A DNA stretch of 64,000 bases from Octopus vulgaris (GCA_951406725.2 OX597828.1:60388001-60452000), one strand, 5' to 3'; shown: positions 40,172-54,390, counted from the stretch's first letter. Notes: a model not told the origin generated them from the sequence alone. Numbers and translations are program-made.

Positions 40172-42046
40172 AGACTCAGCAATTAGAGCAAGGTCATCAG
40201 CATAGAGGATGCCCCTGGGAGCTCCTCTATGCTGATGACCTTGCTCTAATTGCTGAGTCTCTATCAGAACTAGAGGAGAAGTTTCAGGTATGGAAACTAG
40301 GTTTAGAATCGAAGGGCCTTAGAATCAACCTAGCCAAAACCAAAGTCCTAATAAGTAGGAAGGTAGACCAATCACAAACGCCTTCAGGTAGATGGCCCTG
40401 CTCGATCTGTAGAAAAGGTGTAGGTAGAAACTCTATAAGATGCACCAAGTGTAAGCTATGGACACATAAGAGGTGCAGCAATGTCAAAGGAAGGCTAACT
40501 AGGAAGATGGTTTTTGTATGTGGCAGATGCTCAGGAACAATTAACACTGAAAATGCTCTGAGACCAACTTCCGTCACTTTCCAGGGAGAAAAGCTAGAAG
40601 TAGTTGATAGTTTCCGTTACCTAGGTGACCAAGTCAGTAGCGGGGGCGGGTGCGCTGAAAGTATAACTGCTAGAGTAAGAATAGCCTGGGCAAAGTTTAG
40701 AGAGCTCTTACCCCTGCTGGTGACAAAAGGCCTCTCGCTCAAAGTAAAAGGCAGACTGTATGATGCATGTGTACGTACAGCCATGCTACATGGTAGTGAA
40801 ACTTGGGCTGTGACTGCTGAGGATTTGCGTAAGCTCACAAGAAATGAAGCTAGTATGCTCCGATGGATGTGTAACGTCAGTGTTCATAATCGACAGAGTG
40901 TAAGTACCTTGAGAGAAAAGTTGAACCTAAGAAGCATCAGTTGTTGTGTGCAAGAGAGACGTATGCGCTGGTATGGTCATGTGATGAGAATGGCTGAAGA
41001 TAGTTGTGTGCGAAAGTGCCACACCCTGGCAGTTGAGGGGACCTGTGGAAGAGGTAGACCCAGGAAAACCTGGGTCGAGGCGGTGAAGCATGACCATCGA
41101 ACTTTAGGTCTCACCAAGGAAATGACCAGTGACCGAGACCTTTGGAGGTATGCTGTGCGTGAGAAAACCCGGCAAGACCAGTGAGAACAGTCAAAAATCA
41201 AGATCAAACCAAATTGAGGTCGATCAACATCAGGGCCCCCGTGCAGGTGACACGTAAAAGTACCATCCGTTCGTAGCCGTTTGCCAGCCCTGTCTGGCCC
41301 CCGTGTCGGTGGCACGTAAAAGCACCATCCGTTCGTGTTCGTTGCCAGCCTGGCCTGGCCCCCGTGCCGGTGACACGTAAAAGCACCATCCGTTTGTGGC
41401 CGTTTGCCAGCTCTGTCTGGCCCCCGTGCCGGTGACACGTAAAAGCACCATCCGTTCGTGGCCGTTTGCCAGCTCTGTCTGGCCCCCGTGCCGGTGACAC
41501 GTAAAAGCACCATCCGTTCGTGGCCGTTTGCCAGCCCTGTCTGGCCCCCATGTCGGTGACATGTAAAAGCACCATCCGTTCGTGTCCGTTTGCCAGCCCT
41601 GTGTGGCCCCCATGTCGGTGACATGTAAAAGCACCATCCGTTCGTGCCCGTTGCCAGCCTCGCCTGGCCCCCGTGCCGGTGACACGTAAAAGCACCATCC
41701 GTTTCGTGGCCGTTTGCCAGCTCTGTCTGGCCCCCGTGTTGGTGGCACGTAAAAGCACCATCCGTTCGTGTCCGTTGCCAGCCTCGCCTGGCCCCGTGCC
41801 GGTGACACGTAAAAGCACCATCCGTTCGTGGCCGTTTGCCAGCTCTGTCTGACACCTGTGCAGGTGGCACGTAAAAAGCACCCACTACACTCACGGAGTG
41901 GTTGGCGTTAGGAAGGGCATCCAGCCGTAGAAACACTGCCAGATCTGACTGGGCCTGATGAAGCCTTCCAGCTTCACAGATCCCAGTTGAACCGTCCAAC
42001 CCATGCTAGCATGGAGAACGGACGCCAAATGATGATGATGATGATG
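40172..42046 (+). mobile_element. Young 5'-truncated RTE-clade LINE (RT C-terminus, stop at 41184, 3' UTR, (GAT)n tail) inserted in microsatellite
   Basis: [17 protein letters not shown], a Cys-rich insert, FRYLG, LHGSETW, RWYGHVMR and GRGRPRKTW motifs. Confidence 0.93.
41234..41880 (+). repeat. ~60-bp GC-rich tandem array (~10-11 copies) within the RTE 3' UTR
   Basis: Unit ggcccccgtgccggtgacacgtaaaagcaccatccgttcgtggccgtttgccagctctgtct. Confidence 0.95.
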
Positions 42047-42139
<93 letters not shown>

Positions 42140-42164
42140 CATACATATATATATATATATATAC

Positions 42165-42213
<49 letters not shown>

Positions 42214-42297
42214 CATACATATACATACATACATACATATATATACATACATACATACATATATATATATACATACATATATATATATATACATACA

Positions 42298-42329
<32 letters not shown>

Positions 42330-42406
42330 CATACATACATATATATATATACATACATATATATATATATACATACATACATATATATATATACATACAT
42401 ACATAC

Positions 42407-42437
<31 letters not shown>

Positions 42438-42536
42438 CATACATACATATATATATATACATACATATATATATATATACATACATATATATATATACAT
42501 ACATACATATATATATACATACATACATATATATAT

Positions 42537-42567
<31 letters not shown>

Positions 42568-42621
42568 CATACATACATATATATATATATATACATACAC
42601 ATACATACATATATATATATA

Positions 42622-42657
<36 letters not shown>

Positions 42658-42787
42658 TACATACATACATACATACATACATACATACATACATACATAC
42701 ATACATACATACATACATAGACATACATACATACATACATACATACATACATACATACATACATACATACATACATACATACATACA

Positions 42788-42834
<47 letters not shown>

Positions 42835-42836
42835 GT

Positions 42837-43200
42837 AGGCATGGCTGTGTGGTAAAAAGCTTGCTTCCCAACCACATAGTTCTGGGTTCAGTCACACTGC
42901 ATGGCACATTGGGCAAGTGGCTTCCACTATTGTCTTAGGCTGACCAAAGCCTTGTAAGAAGCCCATTGTATATATATATACATATGTATATATTTGTCCA
43001 CCCCATCAGCGCTTGACAATTGATGTTGGTATGTTTACGTCCTCATAACTTAGCGGTTTGGCAAAAGAGACCAAAAGAATAAGTACTAGGCTTACAAAGA
43101 ATAAGTCCTGGGGTCAATTTGTTTAACTAAAATCCCCTTAAGGTGGTGATCCAGTATGGCTGCAGTCAAATGACTGGAATAAGTAAAAGAATAAAATATA
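42837..43200 (+). mobile_element. tRNA-type SINE (family A); more heads or fragments at ~27590, 29235, 43240, 44030-44180 and 44930-45145
   Basis: ggctgtgtggtaa...gggttcagtc head, ttgggcaag core and shared tail. Confidence 0.8.
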
Positions 43201-44820
43201 GCCACACAGAATAAAAAGAATAAAATAATACACAGCCATAGGAATGGCAATGTGGCTAAGAAATTAATTTCCTAACCATGTGGCTTTGGGTTCAGTTCCA
43301 TTATGTGGCATCTTGGCAAAGTGTCTTTTATGATAGCTACAGCCTATTGTCAAAAATGTCTTATGAGTGGATCTGGTTGACAGAACCTGATGGAAGCCCA
43401 CTATATGCGTGTGTATGCATGCGTGTCATCATGTTTGTTTAGTGATGTTAACATTTCCCAGTCAACAATGACAGGCCATTGGCTTCACAGCTTTGAAGAT
43501 AATTAAAATGAAAGATCTCTTACTTCCATTCAATCTTTAAAAAATCCTATTATATATTTGGATTAAATAATATTATGTTAAAAATTGTTAAGACATTTGG
43601 TATATTGAAGAAGTAGAAGCAATTTAGCGCACATAAATTTTAACAATGAAATCTTACATGGACCTCCAAGGGTCATGTGTACTCTGGTTGAGGACCACTA
43701 AGCTAGAGTAGAAAAATGAAATAAACACAAATTATATCCTCATCATCACTGTCATTGTCTTAATATTCACTTTTCCATGCTTGCATGGGTTGAGTGGAAT
43801 TTGGTGAGGTAGATTTTCCACAACTGGATGCCCTTCCTGTTGTCAACCTTCACCTATTTCGAACTAAAGTAATATTTTCCCTCGACCAAACATGATTTCA
43901 CAGAATCCTGGAAATAGAGGATACCGAGGATGACAGTGACACTTGTTTACAACTCACATGTGATATCAAGGTAAGGAGACAGTAACACACATACACACAC
44001 AAATAGATATATATGTCGCACATACATGTCTACCAAATACACTCACAAAACTTTGGTTGGCCTACAGCTATAGTGAAAAACACTTGCCCAAGGTGCCAGG
44101 GAAAATGTCTTCTACTTCAACCCTGGTCCTACCAAGGCCTTGTGAGTGGACTCAGCAAAACACAAAAGAAGCCCATTGTATATATGTCACAGAACCTCTC
44201 AAAACTAGACACCATTATCTAAGTGTTATCCAAGCCTTATAAAATTTTCTCTGAAGTAAATCAAGCAATATTACTATAAGTAATTACCATAAACCATGAA
44301 TCCACAAACAAGCATATCAAATATACATGCCCATCATCAGCTGCCATATGGATATCATTATGGTTTCCACAACTAGGCAGTAATATTCAATCCAGTAGTG
44401 TCAACAACATTAGTAACAAAAGTGCTGCTTGGGAGTCAATAAAAATTAGTAGGAGTGAAACATTGGCATAGCAGGTCCATCACACCAACACCTGTTTAGT
44501 ACTATAAACAACAACATCAAATTAAACAAATTAATATTAACTTATAGTTACAAAACAGTATCTATAAAACAAAGAACTCTCAAACAAAGGACATTGTGAT
44601 CCTAAAATTATAGTACAGTGTATTGCATTTATCTTCTAAAATTTGTTAGGTTAATCAACTCTTTTCGTCAAGGTACCCGCTAATTTACAAGTAACCTAAT
44701 AACTAGAACAAAATATAGTGGTATATTTGATAAGATAATGAGAAATGGAGATGAACATTTCCACAGATAATGCGCAAGAACAAGGGAAAACGGGGGGGAA
44801 GGACTGAATTAGAGTTTCCG

Positions 44821-44896
44821 ATTTTTGATATTATTTTACATATTTCTCCATACATGCATGCATGTATGGAGAAATATGTAAAATAATATCAAAAAT
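44821..44896. repeat. Perfect 76-bp palindrome with no spacer
   Basis: atttttgatattattttacatatttctccatacatgca | tgcatgtatggagaaatatgtaaaataatatcaaaaat. Confidence 0.95.
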
Positions 44897-45475
44897 ATGC
44901 ATGCATGTATGTATGTATGTATGTGTGCGCATATGTTTGTGTGTCTGTGATTGTCCCCCTAATATCGCTTGACAACCGATGGTGGTGTGTTTACGTTCCC
45001 GTAACTTAGTGGTTTGGCAAAAGAGACCAATAGAATAAGTACTAGGCTTACAAAGAATAAGTCCTGGGGTTGATTTGCTCGACTAAAGGTGGTGCTCCAG
45101 TATGGCCACAGTCACATGACTGAAACAAGTAAAAGAGTAAAGAGTATGCAAATATTATCCTCATTTTCTTAATAGATTGCTTGTTCATTACAAGGTAATT
45201 CTCCTACATAGACCTGTGCATATTTTCTAGGTAATTAAACTGAGACATAACATTAAATGTTTGTAGTCATGAATCCACAACCATCAAATTATCCATCTGA
45301 CTATTAAATTAACTTCCATTTAAAATACCTTAAAAAATCTTTGAAAATACACTTTTTAATAATATCTTTCTTAAATAGAGGATTGTGAAGACTAGCAGTT
45401 CTCTGTAATTAATTAAAAAAATATAACAGTAACCATAAAAGAAATATTTTGGAATCCTTTTTGGATCTTCCTTAC

Positions 45476-45583
45476 TTGTATTTGAAGAGAGTTATAAGAC
45501 TCCTTTAAAAGATCAATTTCTGATAGAAATTGTTTGGTAGCTGGTTGTTCATCGGCTGATAGATGTGTTTGCTTCAGATGGAA
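45476..45583 (-). CDS. FN3-domain gene, internal exon (FHLKQTHLSADEQPATKQFLSEIDLLKESYNSLQIQ)
   Basis: tttcttttcag acceptor, gtaagg donor, 108 nt, phase 0 to 0, heptad-like leucine spacing. Confidence 0.82.
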
Positions 45584-46301
45584 CTGAAAAGAAACATGGA
45601 ATAAATTTACAAAAAAAAAAAAGTAGATAAAGGAGTTAAACTTCTTGATTAAGTTTTTTGACCAACAGCTGAACTCTCTCTGCTTTCATTAAAATTGAAA
45701 TTAAGCACTATGTGCAGATTAGCTTGTTTGAATGGCTTTACAATAGTTTTCTTCATTGCTATGGGCTAGATCTAAACTGGAATTGTGAAGCAGACAGCTT
45801 GTTCATGCCTGCAAACTGATTTTATCAATATCATGGACTACAGTGATTAACTAGATGTGTTGTTACTTAAGTGGATAAACTTCCTTCAAAAGTATTCTAT
45901 GTCCATACCATATGCAAATCTAGTTGATTTCAAGATTTTTTAAAGCATTTTTTACAATTATGTACCCTTCTTGATAGCTGTCCTTCAATAAATAAACACT
46001 ACTTATGACTAAAGATGACTGAAAGAGAAAACAACTTCAATTAAGGGTCAGTTGATCTGCTGTTTGGTACCAAATGACTAACATTATCAAGTTCGGATAT
46101 CGATTCTTAAAGAATATTAAGCTCTTTAAAATATTTGAAATTTCTAAAAATTATTCTTTCTATAAAGACAAAAACTGTTTTCAAAATGAAATATCTCTCA
46201 ATTTCAAATCCTGATATTATCACTTGCAATAACTGCTTATGATGTCATTAGTCACTCACTCAACTTCAAAACATTCACAAACTGCAACACATACTATACT
46301 A

Positions 46302-47586
46302 TTGGGTTGTCCGGAAAGTTCATGCCGATTTATAGTAGCTTACCTTTCGAATTATTTTAGAACATGGTTGAGTCCATAAAATAGGATTTTACTACACCTC
46401 CATTTAGAGCACAGTTTAAGCTATCTTTTCGTGGAAGAAGGTTTATGTTCCTATAAACTGTTTTAATTCTGTAACCCTTTAAAATGGAAGATAAGAAAGT
46501 TCATTTTCGGCACTTGATGATTTTCTTTTTCTGTAAAGGGAAAAATGCCTCACAAGCAACCAAAGAAATATGCGCAGTTTACGGTGATGTTTCTTTATCC
46601 GAAAGAACTGTACGGAAGTGGTTTGCAAGGTTCCGAGCAGGAGATTGTAGCCTTATTGATAAAGAGTGATCAGGAAGACCATCCACTACAGATGATGACC
46701 AAATCAAATCATTAATTGAGAATAACCCACATTGCACAACCCGAAAATTGGCAGAAAGCCTCAACCTATCAAAATCCGTCATTCAATTAACATCTGGTAA
46801 AGCTTGGGTACACAAATCACTACAATATTTGGGTACCACATGAGTTGAGTGAGAAGAACCTTTTGGATCACATTTCCATCTGTGATTCACTTTATAAACG
46901 GAATGAAAACGTGCCTTTTTTAAAGCAAATTGTGACAGGTGATGAGAAATGGATTGTCTACTGAAATGTTCAGAGAAAGCAATCCTGGAGTAAGTGACAT
47001 GAGCCACGATTAGCCACCCCAAAAGAGGGTCTTCACACTAAAAACAGCTTGCTTTGTGTCTGGTGGGATTGGAAAGGAATTCTGTACTATGATCTTCTCC
47101 CAAGTAACCAGACAATTAATTCTGAGAAATACTGCACACAACTGGACGAGTTAAAAGCAGCAATTCAAGAGAAACATCCAGTATTGGCCAACAGGAAGGG
47201 TGTTGTTTTCCAACATGATAATGCAAGACCGCACGTTTCTTTGGGGACCAGACAAAAATTGCTGCAGCTCGGCTGGGATGTGTTACCCCACCCTCTATAT
47301 TCACCAGATATTGCTCCTTCAGATTTCCACTTATTCAGGTCTCTGCAGAATGGTCTTAATAGTAAGAATTTCAATTCCTTCGATGATGTAAAAAGATACC
47401 TTGATGAATTCTTTGCCATGAAACCACCTCAATTCTGGGAAGAGGGTATTTTCAAATTAAAGGAAAGATGGAGACGCATTGTGCAACAAAATGGTTCCTA
47501 TTTCGTTGATTAAAAATGTAAAGGCAAGTATTTATTGACCTTTTTCTTTCCTTTAAAAATCGGCACAAACTTTCCGGACAACTCTA
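46302..47586 (+). mobile_element. Full-length mariner transposon with a lightly mutated transposase (46484-47513)
   Basis: TA duplications. 30-bp TIRs ttgggttgtccggaaagttcatgccgattt / aaatcggcacaaactttccggacaactcta. WVPHEL, TGDEKW, HDNARPH and YSPDIAPSDFHLF motifs. Confidence 0.95.
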
Positions 47587-48705
47587 TAGAATGAAAAATG
47601 CGAGTAAGGGATAAGAACAACAGTATTTAATAAACCTGGAAAAATACAGGACAAGAAGTAAGCCTAAAATAAAAGAAAAGAGCTTAAAATATTGCAGCTA
47701 AATATAAAATTCAATAAAAATAATCTGATGCTTTATCATAAATTCCTATGTATCAAGTAAAAATTGCTTTAAGATCTTTGAAATAGAGATTCGTCTTTGT
47801 CTATTAATTATAATGCTATAAGGATGATCTTTATTTTCTTTCATTATGATTAACTCTATGACATCTGCATTTATTTGAGGGAAACTTAGATTTACCTAAC
47901 AGGAAAATGATCTGACAAACAGTTAACTAACTAAAAATTAAAATTTTTAAAGTAAAATAATTTTTCCAAAAATAAAACAAAAACATTTAATTACTTAAAT
48001 AGGCTTAAATTTTACTGTAGTCTAACATTTAATTTATTTACCTACTTTCTATATATTTGTAAAAAATTTTAGTAAATAAAAAAATTTTAACTACTAATGT
48101 TACAAAATATAATCACTTTATTTTCATATATTAAAATAGTATTAAAATAGTTTATTTACAGTTAAGCTTAGCAACAGTGAAATAATTTGGATGAAAGAAG
48201 GTTGATCAGTATTGAATGGCTTCACTTATTTGAATATTTTATTTAAATGGCAACCCATTCAAATTTTATTTTAGCTGCAATATTTTAAGCTCTTTTCTTT
48301 TAGGCTTACTTAAGAATATTGTTATTCCTTGCTCACATCCTTCGTTCTAGTCCACTCATTTCACAGGCAATGCAGAAAAATTAGTAATTTTTATTCTAAT
48401 AATAAATTTAGCTTTTTTGTATTATTTCATTTCTTATTGATGCCTATTCATTTTTGTTAGAAATTCTAAATTGAATAGCACTTTCTTTACATTGAGTATT
48501 ATAAAATCTGCCTATTTAGAAATAATTTTTTAATTAATATTTATTAGAAATAAAATTTTTTAAAAAGAGAGCAATAATAAAAAATATATAAAGCACTAAT
48601 TATAAGTAATGAAGAATCAAATTAATTAGGAGAGAAGGTAAACTAAAAAAAAACAATTATAGACTGGATTTTATGTTTGCCTTGTATTGACAAGTTGTCA
48701 TTTAA

Positions 48706-50140
48706 CCCTTTCAACACGAACCTGGCTGAAAAGTTTTTTGGTTCAAATGACCAACCTGGCTGTAGCTGGCTGAGAGTACTCATTGTTATTTAAATGTGAA
48801 TCTGAACACAAATCTTGTTAATACATTCATGGAAACATGTGATTTCATTTTGTAGATAGTTGAGTTATAGTATCTGACATTGCTTGACATGATATCTGAA
48901 CTCAGTGAATTTTGGGAGATGTTTTTCCACATTTTTTCAGCGTCGATTTTTTTCAACTTTGAAAATGGATAGGAGTTTCATGCTATCAAGCAGTGATTCT
49001 GAGATATAGAGATATTGAGAAAAAGAATGAGTGAAGTACAAAAGCATGTGGTGTACGAGAATCATCATCATCATCATCATTTAACGTCCACTTTCCATGC
49101 TGGCATGGGTTGGACAGTTTGACCAAGGACTGGTGAGCCAGAGGCTGCACCAGGCTCCAATTTGATCTGGTAAAGTTTCTACAGCTGGATGCCCTTCCTA
49201 ACGCCAACCACTCTGAGAGTGTAGTAGATGCTTTTATGTGACACCGGCATGAGGGCCAGTCAGGCAGTTCTGGCAATGACCACGCGCAAAAGGTGTTTTT
49301 TATGTGCTACCTGCAAGGGAGCCAGTCCAACGGCACTGGCAACGACCACGCTCGAATGTTGTTTTTCACGTGCCACTGGCGCATGTGCCAGTACGGCGGC
49401 TCTGGCAACGATCATGATCGAATGGTGCTTTTCACATGCCACTGGCATGGGAGTCAATCCGTGGCCCTGGCAACGATCACGCTCGGATGTGCTTTTAATG
49501 TTCCACTGGCATGAGTGCCAATCAGGCAGTACTGTCATCGGCCACTTCAGCGATTCTGATTTGTTTTCACTTGTCTCAATGGGTCTTTGCAAGCAAAGTT
49601 CATTGTCCAATGAATGAGGGGTACTCATAAGTGGGCCGGTTACACCCCACATTTGGATGCGCTTTTAACATTCCAGTGGCACAAGTGCCAATCAGGCGGT
49701 ACTGTCATCAGTCACATCAGCGATTTTGATTTCACTTGCCTCAATAGGTCTTCGCAAGCAAAGTTTATTGTCCAATGAATGAGGGGTACTCATAAGTGGG
49801 CTTGTTACACCCACTGGCATAGAGGCCATGGGCCATGGTCTCACTTGGCTTGTAAGATCTCTTCAAGCACAGCATATCTCCAAAGGTCTCGGTCACTAGT
49901 CATATTTTGCTCAGTTTACCTGTATTTACCTGTAATTAGAGTCAGTTTGAGACAAAAATTATGCAATAGAATTGATTAAGAATCCTTTCTTCAATTATGT
50001 TCCAAATATCACATTAATATGTTGATAAGTAAAAAAAGTTACAGTTGGTTAATGAAACTAGTCTAAATTCATGATTATTTTAGAATTTAATTGAAATGCA
50101 TGAAGGGTGTACTTTGATCAAAAATACACTAACGAAAGGG
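48706..50140. mobile_element. Probable piggyBac-type MITE with a nested RTE 3'-UTR insertion (49062-49890)
   Basis: TTAA-ccctttc ... gaaaggg-TTAA termini. Confidence 0.5.
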
Positions 50141-50396
50141 TTAAGTATCTTTGTAATTGCAAGTAAGACAGATAATTACAATTATATAAATATTTATAAA
50201 CATAAGTAATATTAGATCAGCTGTAATACATATAATTTATAAAGTTTGTATAGTTATTTAATGCGCAAAGAAAAAGAAAACATACAAAAAATGAAAACCC
50301 GCAAATTCCTTATAAAAAAATAAGAAATAAATTTATGCATAAAGAAAAAAGTAGCTAACAATAATGATAAGAGAATGAAAAAAACATTTTTTAGAG

Positions 50397-51217
50397 CAAT
50401 AAGAGCATTCTAGTTTGCTTGAACGTTGTGATATCGGAGAACGTGAAAAAAGAGAAAAGCTAGGGCTCATCTTCATAAGAAAAATAGTCTGGGGAATGTC
50501 CAGTTATTCCAACATAGTTGTAAACAAAAATGACATCTTCACCAAAAGAATCTGCTTGTCAAATTTTTCTAAAAGGACGTAATTGAAGTATAGTTTGTTT
50601 TTCAAATACCTGAGATATTTTGAGTCAAAGTCAATTTTAGGCATTACTCAGTAATTTTTTGGCTGCTTAAACTGCATAACTTTTTTTCTATCTAATATCT
50701 TTTAACGAGGTCTTCACCTATAGATTCTATCGCGTTCTTTTAAAAAAATATAATTGTAGTATAGTTTGTTTTTCAAATACCTGAAATATTTTGAGTTAAA
50801 GTCAATTTTATGTGTCACCAATTTTTTGGCTACTTAAAGTTGTATAACATTTTTCTATCTAATATCTTTTAACAAGGTCTTCACCAAAAGATTCTACTTA
50901 TCGAGTTCTTCTAAAAGGGTATAATTAAAGTATAGTTTTTTCTTTTAAATAACCGAGAAATTATGAATGCAGGTACATGTCAGGCATTACTCTCCCATTT
51001 TTGGCCCTACATTTTTTATCATAACATTTTTCCTACTCAACCAAAATTAGATTATTTTATGTCGAAATGTAGCTTACTACTGGTTCATCATAGTGCAAAA
51101 AAACTGAATTAAGATAGAGCTAAAATTGAATTAGTGGTAAAGCATCAAACTCGCTGCAAATGAGTAAAAGTTGACACAAAGAATATCATTCACACACCAC
51201 CGTGTGTGAATGATTTC
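50397..51217 (+). mobile_element. HINE/Helentron-like element with ~170-bp internal tandem repeats and a terminal hairpin
   Basis: About three diverged units starting ~50536, 50710 and 50878. Perfect 13-bp hairpin atcattcacacac-cacc-gtgtgtgaatgat at 51185-51214. Confidence 0.5.
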
Positions 51218-51394
51218 AGATTTCCATCGTCAACATTTTGACATTCATTTTCCTACATTGCATGTACTGAATGGTTTGTAGTTTGGCATACCACAACCTA
51301 TTTGAATCTTTTGTCATTTCATCCAGAGCAATACAGTCATTTCTTTATACTCTTAATGTCTAGCAGCTCATTCATTTCATCTATGCTCTATCTC

Positions 51395-54390
51395 ATCATC
51401 ATCATTGTTTTACGTTTGTTTTCCATGCTGGCATGGGTTGGATGATTTGACTGAGGTCTGGAGAGTCAGCGGCTGCACCAGGCTCCAATCTGATCCAGCA
51501 GTGTTTCTACAGCTGGATGCCCTTCCTAACACCAACCACTCTGAGAATGTAGTGGGTGCTTTTTACATGCCACTGGCACAGGAGCCAGTCAGGCAGGCCT
51601 GGCATCGATCATGTTCAGATAGGGCTTTTTATATGCCACCAGCATGGGAGCCAGTCAGGGGGCACTGACCACAGCTACAATATTGGTTTTACTTGACTCA
51701 ACAGGTCTTCTCAAGCATATCTTCTCGCCTGACACATCAGGGGCACTCTTAACTGGGCCAGACATGCATGGCTGCGATCTCACTTTAGTTGCCGGGTCTT
51801 CTCAATCACAGCATATCTCCAAAGGTCTCAGTCTCCTGTCATTGCCTCTTTGAGACCCAATGTTTGAAGGTCATGCTTCACCACCCCATTCCATGTCTTC
51901 CTGGGTCTACCTCTTCCAAAGGTTCCTTCCACAATTAGGGAGTAGCACTTCCTCACACAGCTGTCCTCATCCATGCATAACACATGACCATACCAGCGCA
52001 GTTGTCTCTCTTGCACACCACATCTCTTGCTTCTTATGCCCAACTTTTTTCTCAGGGTGCTTACACTCTGTCATGTATGCACACTGACATTACACATTCA
52101 GCAGAGCATACTAGCTTCATTTCTTTCAAGTCTATGCATGTCCACAGAAGTCATGGCCCATGTTTCACTGCCATGTAGCATGGTAGTTCACACACAGCCA
52201 TCATACAGTCTACCTTTCATCCTGAATGAGAGGCCCTTAGTTGCCAGCAGAAGTAGGAGCTCCCTGAACTTAGCCCAAGCTATTCTTATTCTAACCACTA
52301 CGCTCTCAAAGCAGCCATCCCCACTACAGACTTGGTCGCCAAGGTAGCAGAAGCTATTAGCTACTTCTAGTTTCTCTCCTTGGCATGTGATGGAATCTGT
52401 TTTCTGTAAATCTTCAGTATTTATTGTCCCTGTGCATCTGTCACACAGAAAAATATCTTCCCAGTTAACCTTCCTTTGATATTGTTGTACTTTTCATGTG
52501 TCCAAAGTTTACACTGGGTACATCATATGGAGTTTCTACTCATGCCTTTTCTACAGATCAAGCAGGGCATTCTACCTGAAGGGGTCTGTGATTTGACAGA
52601 CTTCCTACTTACTTTGGTTTTTGCTAAGTTAACCCTACGGCCCTTCAATTTCAGACCTTGCTTCCACACCCCAAACTTCATCTCTAGTTCTGGCAGTGAC
52701 TCAGCTATTAGAGCAAGGTTGTCTGCATAGAGGATCTCCCAGGGACAACGTGTCTTGAATTTCTCTGTTATTGCCTGGAGGACTATAATGAATAAGAGGG
52801 GGGCTGAGGACTGATCCTTGGTGAACCCCTACTTCTATTTGGAATTCTTTACTATACTCGTTAGCAACCCTCACCTTACTGACAGTATCCTTGTACAGGG
52901 TTGTACAGCTCTTACCAACCACTCATCTATCCCCAGTTTCTGCATTGATCACCAGATAAAGGATTGGGGGACCCTGTCAGAGCTTTTCTCCAAGTCAACA
53001 AAAGCCAAGTATAGAGATTTATCTTTAGCTAGATATTTCTCCTGCAGTTGCCTTACCAGAAATATAGCATCAGTGGTGCTTCTGCTTAGCACAAAACCAA
53101 ACTGCATCTCATCTAGGCTAACTCTCTCCCTAATTAGTTTGGGCTGTGACCCTCTCTGAAACTTTCATCACCTGATCCAATAATTTGATACCCCTGTAGT
53201 TATTTCTACCTAAAGCATCACCTTTACCCTTGTAGCAGTTGACTATGGTGCTGCTACACCAGTCATTGGGTATGACTCCTTCATGAACCACTTGATTTAT
53301 GATGTGGGTGACAAGATCATAACCCACACTGCCCGTGCTGATTCCTGATGGGCCAAGTGCTTTCCCTGTCTTCATATCCTTAATTGCTTTATCTACCAGG
53401 GTACTGTTGATTCGGGTAGCTGGCCCCTCAATTGGGTCAACTTTTGGCAATCTCTGCTCCTCCCATTCATTCTCCACATTCAGCAGTCTTCCATAATGGC
53501 ATCTCCAAGCCTCTTTCTTTACATTATCGTTAAACGCAAGGGCACCATCATCCATGTGGACACATTTATCTCCAATGATATCATGATTTTCTCTCACACA
53601 CTGTCTTGCAATCTGAAATATTTTAGTTCTTTGGTCCTAACATCATTGAACATTGGCAAACTTCTTTTCTGCTGCTCCCTTGGCTAAATATACCTGTCTC
53701 CTAGCTTCCCTTTTGGCAATCTGATAGATTCTTCTGCTACCCCCACTCTTCCAGGCTTTCCAGGCCATTTTCTTTGCTCTAATGGCCCAGTCTATAGCAT
53801 TGTTCCACCATCATGTTACCCTAGGTCTGGAAGGGATTTTGCACCAGCCACAGATTTGGTCTGAGGCAAGCTTTCTTGCAGGAATTTCCAGCTGCCTTCT
53901 ATGTCACAAACCTGTAGCTCCTCCTCCCTCTCAGCAAATTTCTTGGTAAGGATATCCCTAAATCTTTGACTACGTGAAGGGTTCCTAAGCTTTGAAGTCC
54001 TTCTTTTCTAGATCGATCTGCTTTTTGGCATCCTTCTGGCCTTGAGTCTAATGTCACTAATAATTAGTCTATGCTGGGGTAGGGGGTAGGGTGGGGGTAC
54101 ATTCTTCACCAAGGAGAGTCTTTGCATTTGAGAGCAACCATGCATCCCGCTGTCTGGTGAGAATGAAATCAATCTGGCCAGCAGAGTCACCTGATTGATA
54201 GGTTATCAGGTGGCTAGCTGGCTTCCTGAAATTGGTGTTGCAGATCAGTAGGTTATTTGCATCGCAGAACTCCAGGAGTCTAGTTCCCTCTTCATTTCTG
54301 ATACCAACTCCATGTCCCCTATGTACATAATGGAAGATACCAGGTTGCTGTCTTACATGCCCATTAAAATCTCCAGCCACAAAGATGAAA
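51395..54390 (-). mobile_element. Long decayed RTE LINE (APE, RT and 3' UTR)
   Basis: GDFNGHV, CNTNF, QIDFIL, KGKGDAL..NYRGIKLL, GVHQGSVLSP, RWYGHV and GRGRPRKTW motifs, with frameshifts. Confidence 0.92.

Noticed and set aside
41234-41880. CRISPR-like array
   Set aside because: Units are contiguous near-identical repeats with no unique spacers, no cas genes, and a eukaryotic LINE context.
40977-41999. Repetitive 192-340 aa minus-strand ORFs
   Set aside because: By-products of the GC-rich 60-bp tandem repeat.
41955-42000. CTGATGA followed by a small hairpin as a possible hammerhead
   Set aside because: No GAAA at the stem II exit and no stem I or stem III pairing.
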